Assembly (NCBI GenBank): GCA_040285825.1
Contig: JAUPSS010000006.1
Coordinates: 868,001 to 932,000 of the forward strand
DNA length: 64,000 nt
Source of the DNA: Eukaryota sp. TZLM1-RC
Lineage: Eukaryota; Protista; Metamonada: BaSk clade
Direction: 5' to 3'
Part shown: positions 12,035 through 22,754 of the stretch, piece after piece
How the letters are laid out: every line of letters starts with the position of its first letter
Position numbering within the stretch: position 1 is the stretch's first letter
Notes under the pieces: model-generated
What the model was told of the DNA's origin: nothing
The model's input: only the letters and a program-made list of their open reading frames with translations
Database searches by the model: none
Translations under genes and position numbers: made by a program

Positions 12035-12949
12035 TTGACAAAATTCATTGAACCTATATTTCCTCTACCAAATCTTGATCTGTTTGATTCCTCGCCATTG
12101 CTTCCCTTATTGGATGACCACAAAAGGACATCATTGTATTTAAACCTAATTAAAAACCATATGTTGATTATCCAACTCACTACTGCCCTCTCAATCTTTA
12201 AGCGACATGCAACATGAACTTGGTGATCCATTTACACAGGTTCGTTTCCGTTCCGATTTGTTTGTAGATGGAAGTGATGGGATTCACGTGTTTTCTATCA
12301 ACAGTGCTCATTGTACAGAACAATTGGAAAAATGGTTTGTCTGTGCTAATCATGTTTTACCCCTTGCGATGCAATTCAAGAGTAATGGCCTGTCAGGGGC
12401 TAATGCAGATGAAGTGCAACAACTAAAGAGTAAACTGTTATCAGGATTTGTTTTTCGTACCCTATTTATGGCACCTCCAAAATTCAAGGGAATTCATCTT
12501 CTCCTTCCAATGTTGTCTAGAGCATCTATAAACATGAAGTATACGGACTTGAAAAACAAAATCGAATTCGGTGAATCAACCGTGGGGTTGATTAGAATTT
12601 TAAAGGCTTCCGTGAAATCGAACACTGCTTCAGGGAAGTCTTTTGGCGCTGGAAATCACTCCAAACAATTCTTTCACTTACTTCAATTTGTGTGTGTGTG
12701 TTTGAAAAAACTACAAGCCAGGCTCATCCACTGCTATGGTCTCTCCAACATCTATTCGATCTGGTACCGCCATCAATTTTTCTTCGACGTATTCATGGCT
12801 CAGAAACGTGCCTTGAGTTGCCTTCCCTTATAAATCTTTCAACACCTTTTGTTGTAGCAAACCACAAAATGTTTTTTAACTTGAAATTTTTTGTGACCTG
12901 TAATTCCTCCGTATTTGCGAATACAGTTTTATCTTTGAGAATTAGATAA
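12035..12949 (+). pseudogene. Frameshifted coding-like region of unknown function
   Basis: Three overlapping plus-strand ORFs (12035-12217, 12207-12833, 12692-12949) chain into about 300 aa; one shift lies in a (TG)n run; no recognisable motif. Confidence 0.35.
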
Positions 12950-13074
12950 TTTCCTTTTACTATACATTTTGTTGCTATTGTGATCATAATATATAAACCC
13001 TCGAAATGAAACAAAATTTTAATCATCATAATTTATTATAGTAAACGATAACATTTACAGAAACAATAAAAATA

Positions 13075-13790
13075 AAACAATAAAATGAACTAAAACACAT
13101 AAAAAACAAAATTCTTCACGTCAACTCTTGATGAATCTTTACACAGCTTGGACATTATTAAACTCAAGTACTTGGGAACACTTCTGTACAAAGCGCAACT
13201 CATACGATTCTTCCATAAATTCCCTGCAAAATTCTTACCACTTGAACAACATAAATTACCAAAATCATTGCTAAAATTCAAGGTGGGCTGTCGGAGTGTC
13301 CAATGTTGCCAAAAATCGAAAAAGCAAAAGGAACAAACGAAAACTTCGAGTAAAGATTCTTATGTAAATCAATTAATATCTCAGAATATGTAACTCTTTT
13401 ACGATCTTCAGCCTTGTTTAAATGACCATTAGCACTAAGTAAAACATCATCACGATAAACAAAAGCAAAGGGATCAACTGTAGTAAAATCAACAACAACT
13501 TGAGAGGAATCCACAAAAGGAGCAATTAAATCACCTCGACGTGAATTAAACAGATTATTATCACTATAATGCTTAAAAAACGGTTCTACTTTGCAACTAA
13601 AATTGTAACACTTGAACATCTCATATGTCACATCACGAACGTCATTATGAAGAACTGACCTATATTGAAGGAATTTCTTACAACTAACAATATAACGGAA
13701 ATTGGCAGTAGGTTTTGCGTTACAAATACAAACAAAATTGTTCAAAAAACCACTTGGATACAGCCCTAATCTCAACCGCATTTTTTGTTT
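13075..13790 (-). mobile_element. 3' fragment of CRE-like family D (CCHC + RLE)
   Basis: CICNAK..SCKK..RSVLHN, VEP, RRGDL, VVVDFTTVDP, KAEDRK, FVPFAFSIFGNIG; related copies at 54975-55800 and 56851-57600. Confidence 0.88.
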
Positions 13791-13951
13791 TCAAGCTTGA
13801 CCTTGCCATCTGGAGATGAAATGGGGGTAAATCATGCTTGATAAAACAGACGGACAAGTCCTGACCATCATACTTCTAAATAAGTCGTTATGATGAATAG
13901 GAGGTCCCAGACGCCTTGTCAATTCTGGGTCGATTTTTAAAAGTGGCTGTT

Positions 13952-14803
13952 TTATGTCCCTATCAATTTTTCTAATTGAAATGGGAGAAATGAGATGAGC
14001 TTAGGGGTAATCTGGGTGTTTCCTTCACCAAATATCTGGGTTGCTATCAACAAAGCACGAGACCAATCGGATTGAACAGGGGCTTGGAAACTTCTATTAG
14101 CTATCCTACACCAGTATTTATCCCATGTTTGGAAGTTGAGAATAAAGAAGACGAGAGACATCTTGTTGAAAGGATCTTCCTCGAATAGGTGAGGAGCTTT
14201 GTATTCAGCTGACCTAGGTCGACAGTCCACATGTCGCTGAAGACTACTCGCAATACTAATGTTCAATATATTCCTAGAAGATTGGAGGTCTTCCAAACGG
14301 AGAGGCTCCTCAGAAAAAATCCTTCTGCGATGAGGTTGAGGGGGAAGCGTTTTATCTAAACTAGGCCCGCTCAACTCGACTTCATTTTCTGATGCATTAG
14401 TGAGCATAGGGTGGAAGTAAGTTGATGGTTTCTGAACCACTCAGGTAGGTCTGTTCACTCGTTTTGTCATATCTACTGTTGGGATGTGATCAGTGAGTAC
14501 ATCGTTAGAACAGACTTGTACCGGTTGCTCTGTTTCTGATATTATGGGGGCAGTTGCTGGAATATTAGGTCTTTAATAAAGGTTTGTTGATTGATCGCTC
14601 CTCACCTTGAATCTGACCCTCTCCTCCCTTGTTGTGGATTCCCCGGATTGCTGAATAAAGTTATTTGAGCGGCCCCTAAATGTGGAGACGATTGAACGTT
14701 CGGTCAGTATATTATTTTGGGCGTCCACGTCAAACAAGTCGCTGACGGGTTCCACCTTGCTTGGATTTATGCTGTCTACTTGTTCTATAACTGCCTTAAA
14801 CAA
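13952..14803 (-). pseudogene. Decayed ORF of unknown function
   Basis: ORFs 14573-14803 and 13952-14440 are in the same frame, separated by two stops; GC-richer than the flanks; no motif recognised. Confidence 0.35.
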
Positions 14804-15415
14804 GCAAGGGCCCCGACCGCTGGATATTTAATATACTGATTGAAATGAGCTATGCAGTTGAATTCGATCATAAATTCAGCTCAAAAATCACAACATTTCT
14901 ACTCCATGACAAACAATCTTCTTAGCGGGGAGTTCACTCTTCTTATTGGGGCGGTGATTTCCTTTCTGAGAGGCAAGGCTCTTCTCAGCGGGAAGTTCAC
15001 TCTCCTGAGGAGGATCACTCTCCGTAGATGGAGGATTACTCTCCTTAGCAAGAAGATTACTCTTAATGTCCTGGCCGACTGAGCTATTAATTAATGATGC
15101 TGTATGGTTAGACATGTACAGATTAGAGATAAAAGATATTTATTTAAATTTCACTGGCCCTTTTTTTCCAAGGCCATCACTAGTGAAGTCTATTCTAGAG
15201 TAATTGTTCACAGTACAACAAAACAAGAAAAAACGATTCACTCAATGTTGGAAAACCGACCAATTGATCACATATCTAGGTCAGCTGATAATACAGCTTG
15301 CCCTTATAACATTCAAACCAACAATCTAGTTGGACAATCTATGTTGGGATTCAAACACTGGTTCAAATGTTTCTATTCAGTGAAGAAAATCTGAGTTGAA
15401 TTCAAATCGATATTT

Positions 15416-15845
15416 ATGCTTTCATATCCACAGTGTTCATTGTACAATTTGAAGGATGTGGTGAAGGAGGCTGTGGAGGACACTGTTTATGGCAATCTTA
15501 CTGCATTAGATCTAAACAATGACAACATTGGCAATGAAGGTAAAATAGAATTCCACTCTTTCTACATTAGATCTCTCCAACAACATCATTGGTCCCAAAG
15601 GTGCTAATGTACTTGCCGGAGCTTTGGAATCTAGTTCCACTCTTTCACAACTGATTCTTGGCGGTAACAAAATTGGATATGCAGGCGCTAGTGGACTCAC
15701 CAGAGCTTCGGTATCGCTTCACTCTTTCTTCCAACAACATTGCTGGTGCACTTACCCAAGGGATCAAATTCCACTCTTTCTCAATTGTATCTTTCCAAAA
15801 GCAACATTGGCAATTCAGCCAGATCCACACTTGAACAAATAGCAT
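15416..15845 (+). pseudogene. RI-like leucine-rich-repeat gene remnant
   Basis: NLKDVVKEAVEDTVYGNLTALDLNNDNIGNEG and ALESSSTLSQLILGGNKIGYAGA across frameshifts; homologous to 28204-28850, 43457-43850 and 61571-61960. Confidence 0.8.
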
Positions 15846-16022
15846 CTAATTGTCTTTTTCTAAAGATTTTTTGTTAATTAACACTTTCTTAAATTATTCT
15901 AGAAAGCAATCTTATTTTTTTTCTTTTTTATTTTTTGAACAAATAGCATCTAATCGTCTTTTTCTAAAGATTTTTTGTTAATTAACACTTTCTTAAATTA
16001 TTCTAGAAAGCAATCTTATTTT
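15831..16022 (+). repeat. Direct repeat of about 87 bp with a T-rich spacer
   Basis: 'ttgaacaaatagcatctaat...agaaagcaatcttatttt' at about 15831-15917 and 15935-16022. Confidence 0.9.
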
Positions 16023-17546
16023 GCACACCATTAAATTTTGGGAATTAGCCTGTGGTAAATGAATTTGCCACAAACTAATGAGTAGTATGAATTGTAGTAT
16101 GGGAACTATTTTCACAATTGAATTAGAATTTCTAACATATTGTATTAAATATACTAAATTATCAATTCCCTTGTTGGTCATTGTTTTTATTGCATTTTAC
16201 CTTACTATCATGCTGCCTATTTGTTGGTACTTTTCTTTTTCATTTTAAACATCTTTTTTAACAGCAGATGTTGGAGATTATACAGGTGTTCTCCGACAGT
16301 TATGTGCTGGTTTAAAATGATGCCTTTTGAACCCACATCAGGTTCAAAAAGATTGAGGTCTTTTTGGAATTAATTATTTGAAGTTGAACAAACTAAAGAT
16401 CGGTATGCTTTGAGTCGAGTCGTTCAGGAGTGTTTAAGTAATGTGCATTTGGGACTTATCTCGTTGTTTCAATGCTGTCCTTCACGTTTGTGTTGTAATA
16501 TGCTTAAACTTTGTGCAATTCCCGAAGAATTGGTTACTGAATCTTTGATTTGTTTTGTATAAGCAGAGTTTTTTGGTGATTTTGAAACAGATTATGACAC
16601 ATCAAGTCTTGACATATTTTTCCTTGGAACAAAATCTGAAGTTGTTTTGCTTGTTCTGTCACATGAATGGTGGTATTCCTTGCTCACTAGGTTCCATCAG
16701 TGATCATCTTCTCTAGATATCAGAAATACCACAGTTGTTCTCATAGCTGCTAATGATGCTTTAATTAGTACTACATTGCTTCTTTGACAATTTGTATTTG
16801 AAGAGGTATCAACTGAGGAAGCTAGTCACTGCATGTCGATGAGGGTTGCTCTGAGAAAAAGTTCCTTTAATTGATTCCAGAAGTTGTTGAATACATTGAG
16901 TACCGTCTTTCTTTTGGTCACTCATGTCGAGGTATTTTGAATTTCTCTACTTGATTTCACCTATTATTGGAACAAAATGATGTTTAATATTGATTTGAAA
17001 TTAGGAATAAAGTTTCTTTGGATTTTTTAAGGGTTCAATCTGACAGTTAAGCATTTTCAACACAATGTACATTTTTAAAATAATATTTAGTGAGTGCTGT
17101 CAAATATGAGAACAATTAAACTTACATTCATAATCATTACAGGATTATTAGAAGTGTTGTGAACAAAAATGTTCAAAGAAGATTAACAATTGAGGTGTCT
17201 CAGTGTATTGGGACCAAGTATTTGGGAGAATAAGATACTGAGCAGACACCTTATGTAACCTCTTCAATTACGTATAACCTTGAAGCTGTCGTCCAGATTC
17301 TTATCGATTTGAATTTGAGGTTGAAAAAATGTACTAAAGTAAATTGTGTATTCTTGTTATTTTGTTTTGGCTTTTTTCACTAGTTATCTATTCAAATGTA
17401 ATTTTATAAAGATTGAGTAATATTGAGGTGATAGTGACTGAGACATATAAACGAATGATAATAAGAAGTCGGAAATGATTCATTTATTGTGCTATACAAA
17501 AGAGAGTTGATGGAGAAACAAAAAAATAATTGATTAACATTAAACA

Positions 17547-20500
17547 CTAAGCAATGAGATCATTCTCAACTTGGATCACAACTTTAATTACTACACCATC
17601 AGTACAATAATACTGATGTACTTGGTTAGATGAATAAACAGTGTAGCGATGTAGAGATTTTCTTTTCTCTCCTTTTTCATTTTCTATTTCATTTTCTTTT
17701 TTTTCTTTATGACACTTCATAGCAGCCTCAGGCAAGTCTTTATGTAACATTTTGTTCTTGTGCTCATCGATAGAGAAATGTTTTTGCAATCTACGCAAAA
17801 ACTTTTTCAACATTTCCATATTCTTGAAGTGATCTCGACCAACGAGCTGATCTCTAAGACTCACAGCGCTATTCTCACTAGTTTTATCCCGCCTATTCAC
17901 AATATGATTACTGTGTAAAGATGGATTACACAGAGATGGTAGCTGGTCTATAAGATATTCCAAATCACCCGCAAGATTATAAAACTCTTTGATTTTGAGC
18001 TTAAGATGAAAACTGTTCAACATCTTGATGAATAAAGATAAAAAATTCACGAATGACTTAAGATCAGCTTCCGACATGCTAGATGGTATTGATTTGATGT
18101 CCAAAGAATCATCCATAAATTTACGAAATTCTTTAGGAAGTGGAAAGTGGAATGCAGAAGAAATACAAGACAATACATCCTCATTGAATTTTAGTAATGT
18201 CGTAATTAACACAGAATCAGTCTGTTTAGAATCGTTAATCAGCTTTTTCAGATACGAGCTAACAAATGGAGACGCTAAAGGATCTGACAGAAATGGTAAT
18301 ACTGATTGCTTCATTAAATCAATATCATTGGATGAAGATTGGTCTTGGTCATTTTTGATTAAAAGATGTAGTTCTGAGAAACCATCTGGAACACTCCAAA
18401 AATGGGTTTTCTCTAAAAAATCTACAAACTGGTGAAGTGAAACGTGGAAATAGCGAATATCAATAACGGAAGTCGTATATAGTACATCACTTTCGGTTTC
18501 CCTTAGCTGAGTTAATAATTGTTCCATTGTTTTGGAAAAATCTTCCTGGATGGTGAATGAAATATAAGTGGGTTTGTCATCATTATCTACATCAATACTT
18601 AAGTCAAAACAACTTTTTCCGCCAAATGATTCACTACTAACACAGTCATTAAAGAAAGACACCATATGAGGCAAACCATGGCACTGAAGGACAACCTTGC
18701 TGAGCTTTTCATAGAACTCTGCTTTATATTTTTCAAGATAAGTTTCAACAGACTCAGGAACATCTCTCCAATCTGGAACTATCAACTCTCTATCTGTTGT
18801 GTCGATCTTGAATATTTGAGCAACAACTTTCCAATAGTTGCCCATTGAAGGGTGCGATAGTGCTGAACGAATACGTTTGGTGAAGGAGTTGTGACTGTAA
18901 CCCAAAACTGGGTACTTGAACACTGAAACTTTATCCAAAATCTTATGCAGAGTATCAAATTCAAGTTGTTTTTTGCTCAAGATAGAGATATCAACACGTT
19001 CTGTTGGAAAATCAGTGCAGATATTCTTGTCAACATTAATTCTATCCATTTGAGCTAACTTCAACACATCTTGGTCAACATTAAACCATGAATTAACGGT
19101 AGAGCAAAGCACTTCACTGGAAATATTCTCCTTACAAAGTAGAATCAAGTAATAACAAGCAAGGGGAATGTCATCTCGATGTTGGAAATAAAAGAATTTA
19201 GGTTCTTTCATTAATTGGTACTGGTCTCTATTAGATTTAGAATCCTGTTGGAACGACCAAATCTTGATAGATTTATGTTTCTTCACAAACTCAAAAGTAG
19301 TATCATCTAAAGTACCAAGCCCTACAGTAAACCAATTATTGCCGAGAACTTCTGGTATAAGAGGTTCTTCTCTTTCGGCATATGTCAGAATAGACGAGGA
19401 GTACACCGAACCATGTAAATGATATACAAAGCATTTGGGGTTACGAAACTGCAAGCTATCAGAAGTTTCCTCATTGGCAAACATTTGAAGATGTGGTCCA
19501 AAGTCTTTTTCATGTTGTTGTTGAGCTTGCTGTGAAAATACAATCTGTACAGGAGGATTAACCTTAAAGTTCTCTGGATCAATCTTTGACCCCAAATGTA
19601 TCAATATTTCAATAATAGAATCATAATTTGTTGTGGCAATGTTGACAGATTCATGACTCTGCAAACGAGCTAAATGCAACACTAAGCTAGCGTATTGATT
19701 ATTCCGGAAAAACTTGATTATATTATATTCATACATGGCTTCCTCATCAGGAGATTTACATCCAAATTCCAATATAGCAACGTTTACCAAGACTCCAAAA
19801 GCATCACCAACACAACTTTTGAGAGCTTGGGTATAAGAAGATTGTTTCTTTTTAGCTAAATTTCCTGCTAATGGGTCTCTTCTAAGGCAACGGTCGTACT
19901 GAGTTAATTCAGGAAGACTTTCAGATACTTGGCGGCCGACAGATTCTCCAAGGGCATATTGAAGCATAACTGTCCAATTAAGACTATAAGGAACATTTGC
20001 AAAGAGAGGTTTGACGTTGGAATAATCATCAAGTATGTCCTGGAAATACTTTGGGGAAATTTCAATGTGCAAAAGAGATTTAATGTTGACCTTAGCAACC
20101 CACAGCAGCAACAACGCCAATGCTGGTACGGAAATGATACACTGGTCCTTGGACCAATGGTTTCCATTGGCAAAAGGAAAAATCCAATCTAGCTTAGATA
20201 AATCCTCTTCAATGGAGTTGTTCTTCAATTTATCACTAAGACGATTGACTTCGTCCGTGAATCGTTGAGCTTCATTATCAGAAGTAAAGTGATTTGGTTT
20301 GACATTGTAAATGAAACTTGTTGGAAACCGTAGAAAAGCAGAAACAAGGATGATAATGGAACACTTGTAGGAGAGATAACCACTAGCTTGATCATAAGTT
20401 AAAGAAAAATCTTGGGTATTGTTACGAAGAAGGTCACGGGTAAGCGGTGAAGATAAACATCCAAGCAAGGATGAACAGACATCCAACCAAAGATGAAGAA

Positions 20501-21047
20501 GTCTGAAACAAGAACCCTCGGAATTGGGTTGCTTTTGGTCTTGGAGAAGTTTAAAAACGTTCAATGAGAGACCATTGCCGAAGACAACAGTTGGGTCGGA
20601 AATCTGGGGAAGGTTGTCAGGAAACAAGAAGCGACAATCGAATAGCTTACAGGGAGTTAACTGCGGGAAGAATAATCTGTTGCATTGTTTGATAAGATGG
20701 GTCTCATCATAATCATTTGAACTTACACAAAGATGATGAAGTGAAGAATCATGGTCAATCATTTTAACAACATATTGGTCCAGCGTTGTTTGGTCAGGTG
20801 TGAGGAGGATAGTCGCTGAAGCAACGATTTCGCATTGATATAGTTTAGCTTTTTCCACTTCAGAGCTCGGAAGATCAGTGTGTTCTATAGCATGAATAAC
20901 GATTTTGCGACCATCTTCAAAATGAAAAATGTTCTCTGTTCCTTGAGTTTGTTGACCTGTCTTGAAGTAAGACCTGCGCAAAGAACTACAAAGACGTTCA
21001 ACTCTGTCTCGGAATTGTTGACAAGGTTGAACATTTTCGTTTGTCAT
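17547..21047 (-). CDS. 1166-aa protein with a SIR2-like (SIR2_2-type, putative NADase) domain
   Basis: Intact intronless ORF; ordered motifs VVFGNGLS (GNGLS at 20565-20579), NWTVML, IATTNYDSIIE (TTNYD at 19620-19634), VYHLHGS (HLHGS at 19407-19421), WFTVGLGTLDD. Confidence 0.8.
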   Translation of the reverse strand: MTNENVQPCQQFRDRVERLCSSLRRSYFKTGQQTQGTENIFHFEDGRKIVIHAIEHTDLPSSEVEKAKLYQCEIVASATILLTPDQTTLDQYVVKMIDHDSSLHHLCVSSNDYDETHLIKQCNRLFFPQLTPCKLFDCRFLFPDNLPQISDPTVVFGNGLSLNVFKLLQDQKQPNSEGSCFRLLHLWLDVCSSLLGCLSSPLTRDLLRNNTQDFSLTYDQASGYLSYKCSIIILVSAFLRFPTSFIYNVKPNHFTSDNEAQRFTDEVNRLSDKLKNNSIEEDLSKLDWIFPFANGNHWSKDQCIISVPALALLLLWVAKVNIKSLLHIEISPKYFQDILDDYSNVKPLFANVPYSLNWTVMLQYALGESVGRQVSESLPELTQYDRCLRRDPLAGNLAKKKQSSYTQALKSCVGDAFGVLVNVAILEFGCKSPDEEAMYEYNIIKFFRNNQYASLVLHLARLQSHESVNIATTNYDSIIEILIHLGSKIDPENFKVNPPVQIVFSQQAQQQHEKDFGPHLQMFANEETSDSLQFRNPKCFVYHLHGSVYSSSILTYAEREEPLIPEVLGNNWFTVGLGTLDDTTFEFVKKHKSIKIWSFQQDSKSNRDQYQLMKEPKFFYFQHRDDIPLACYYLILLCKENISSEVLCSTVNSWFNVDQDVLKLAQMDRINVDKNICTDFPTERVDISILSKKQLEFDTLHKILDKVSVFKYPVLGYSHNSFTKRIRSALSHPSMGNYWKVVAQIFKIDTTDRELIVPDWRDVPESVETYLEKYKAEFYEKLSKVVLQCHGLPHMVSFFNDCVSSESFGGKSCFDLSIDVDNDDKPTYISFTIQEDFSKTMEQLLTQLRETESDVLYTTSVIDIRYFHVSLHQFVDFLEKTHFWSVPDGFSELHLLIKNDQDQSSSNDIDLMKQSVLPFLSDPLASPFVSSYLKKLINDSKQTDSVLITTLLKFNEDVLSCISSAFHFPLPKEFRKFMDDSLDIKSIPSSMSEADLKSFVNFLSLFIKMLNSFHLKLKIKEFYNLAGDLEYLIDQLPSLCNPSLHSNHIVNRRDKTSENSAVSLRDQLVGRDHFKNMEMLKKFLRRLQKHFSIDEHKNKMLHKDLPEAAMKCHKEKKENEIENEKGEKRKSLHRYTVYSSNQVHQYYCTDGVVIKVVIQVENDLIA

Positions 21048-21329
21048 GGAGTAGAAATGTTGGGAATTTATTAATCTTGCTCACATAACAACATAAATTC
21101 ATAACTAATGGAATGATATTCATTGAACCACGATTTCCTCTACAAAATCTTGATCTGCTTGCTGTCAAGCTAAAGCTTCTCTAATTCGGTTGGAAAATTG
21201 AGGCAATCTATTAATAATGGCAAGTTGAATCCGAAAGCGCCTTGAATAAATATCAAATCTTTTCATTGTTTTTTCTTGCACCATTCTTTGGGAATTATTC
21301 AAAAAAGTTCATGTGTCTACTGGTGTTTT

Positions 21330-22753
21330 TCCGTTTATCGAAAATGGGAAAGCAATCAAAACAGTGGTCTATTTCTATCAGTAATCGAGAAAAATAGAAT
21401 TGTGAAGAGATGGTTGCCGATATTTTCTGAATTCGACTTTGACATAGTCTATGAACCTGGTGAAGAGAACCACTGGGCAGATATGTTGTCGAGAAATGTA
21501 GACCTTTATCAAAAGGAAGAACCTTCATCAATTTGCAGTGTTAATATCTCGAACACGATGTACTCTAATTATGAAATACCTCCTCTAAACGATGACTCGG
21601 ATTCAGAATCTGAAGATCTCCCATCAATCTCGTCACTTAGCAGACACCAAGATTTACCCATTTTTTCTTCTTGATTCTCCAAGATTAGATCGGAACAACA
21701 GATTGCCATAAATCATAAGGACTCCTTAATTGAAAACACAATTAGATGAAAATACTCATATTTGGAAAAACAATAAACAGAAAAAATTCTGATCCCCAAA
21801 ATTCTCAGAAAACACGCTGTATTGTTAACACAGGGATTGGTTCAATCTTGCCACCCAAGCAAAAACGATAGTCTACATAAACTATCTAAAAGCAATTATT
21901 ACTGGCCTATTATGCGAAAGGACCTTATAGAATGTTAAAAGATGCCCAACATGTCACGAAACGGCACCAGTCAAACGAACAAAAACACCTTCCACAGGTT
22001 CCCTTTGGGCAGATCGTCCATTTACTAGACTAAATGTTGATACATCTGGACCTCTGAATACTAATTGCGATGGTAATAAATATTTGTCAGTGTTTGTAGA
22101 TTCTTTTACTGTTTATCCAATTTTAGTCCCTATAAAAGGAACTCAATGCTTTAAAGACGGCAAATGCATTAATTTGGAACGTTTGCGCAATTTTTGGCAT
22201 GTCCATGTTAATTCATAGTGACAATGGTACTAAGTTCGCCAATGAGACTTTTGAAATAGGGTGTAACAGATTAGCTATTGACTATGTCCTACGTAAAACC
22301 ACACAATATAATAAACAACATGGATCTTGGAACGGACCATTTTTAGTTGTTGATACTGCTTCCAAATCCACTTTATTATTAAAGAATCTAACTACTGGCA
22401 CAGAATTACAAGCTGCCAAGAAAGATTGTGAGATCTATAACGCAGAAAATCCGCAGGGTATTAAATTCCTCAAAACAATCGCAGCAGGCGATGCTGAAAT
22501 ACGTACTTTTAATAGAAAAGATTCATTCAACGAGTCTAGCGCCCCTGAACGGGTTATACGTAGTAATAAAAACAGGAATTATTTTTAGTTTCTCAGCTAT
22601 TCGTATTTTAAAATATTACTTTTGAATATTCGTTATAAAGCTGATGTATTTTGAAAAAGGGGGAAAGCAGTGTTGGCGCGCTTGGGTTTTTATTATATGG
22701 ATAGAAAATAAATCATCTTTATCTTAACCCCACTTTTCCAACCTACGGCATCA
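21330..22753 (+). mobile_element. Ty3/Gypsy remnant: RNase H end, integrase, PPT and start of LTR
   Basis: RWLPIFSEFDFDIVYEPGEENHWADMLSR; H..YYWP..CPTC zinc motif; FTRLNVDT, FVDSFT, IHSDNG; PPT GAAAAAGGGGGAAAG then TGTTGGCG at 22671; many stops and deletions. Confidence 0.88.
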
Positions 22754-22754
22754 A

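Noticed and set aside
16260-17000. Coding-like stretch on the plus strand
   Set aside because: Multiple stops in all frames and no recognisable motif.
18625-18700. STAND/NB-ARC NTPase in the SIR2-like protein (CHGLP, GGKS)
   Set aside because: No proper Walker A or B in the required order; kept only as a weak hint.
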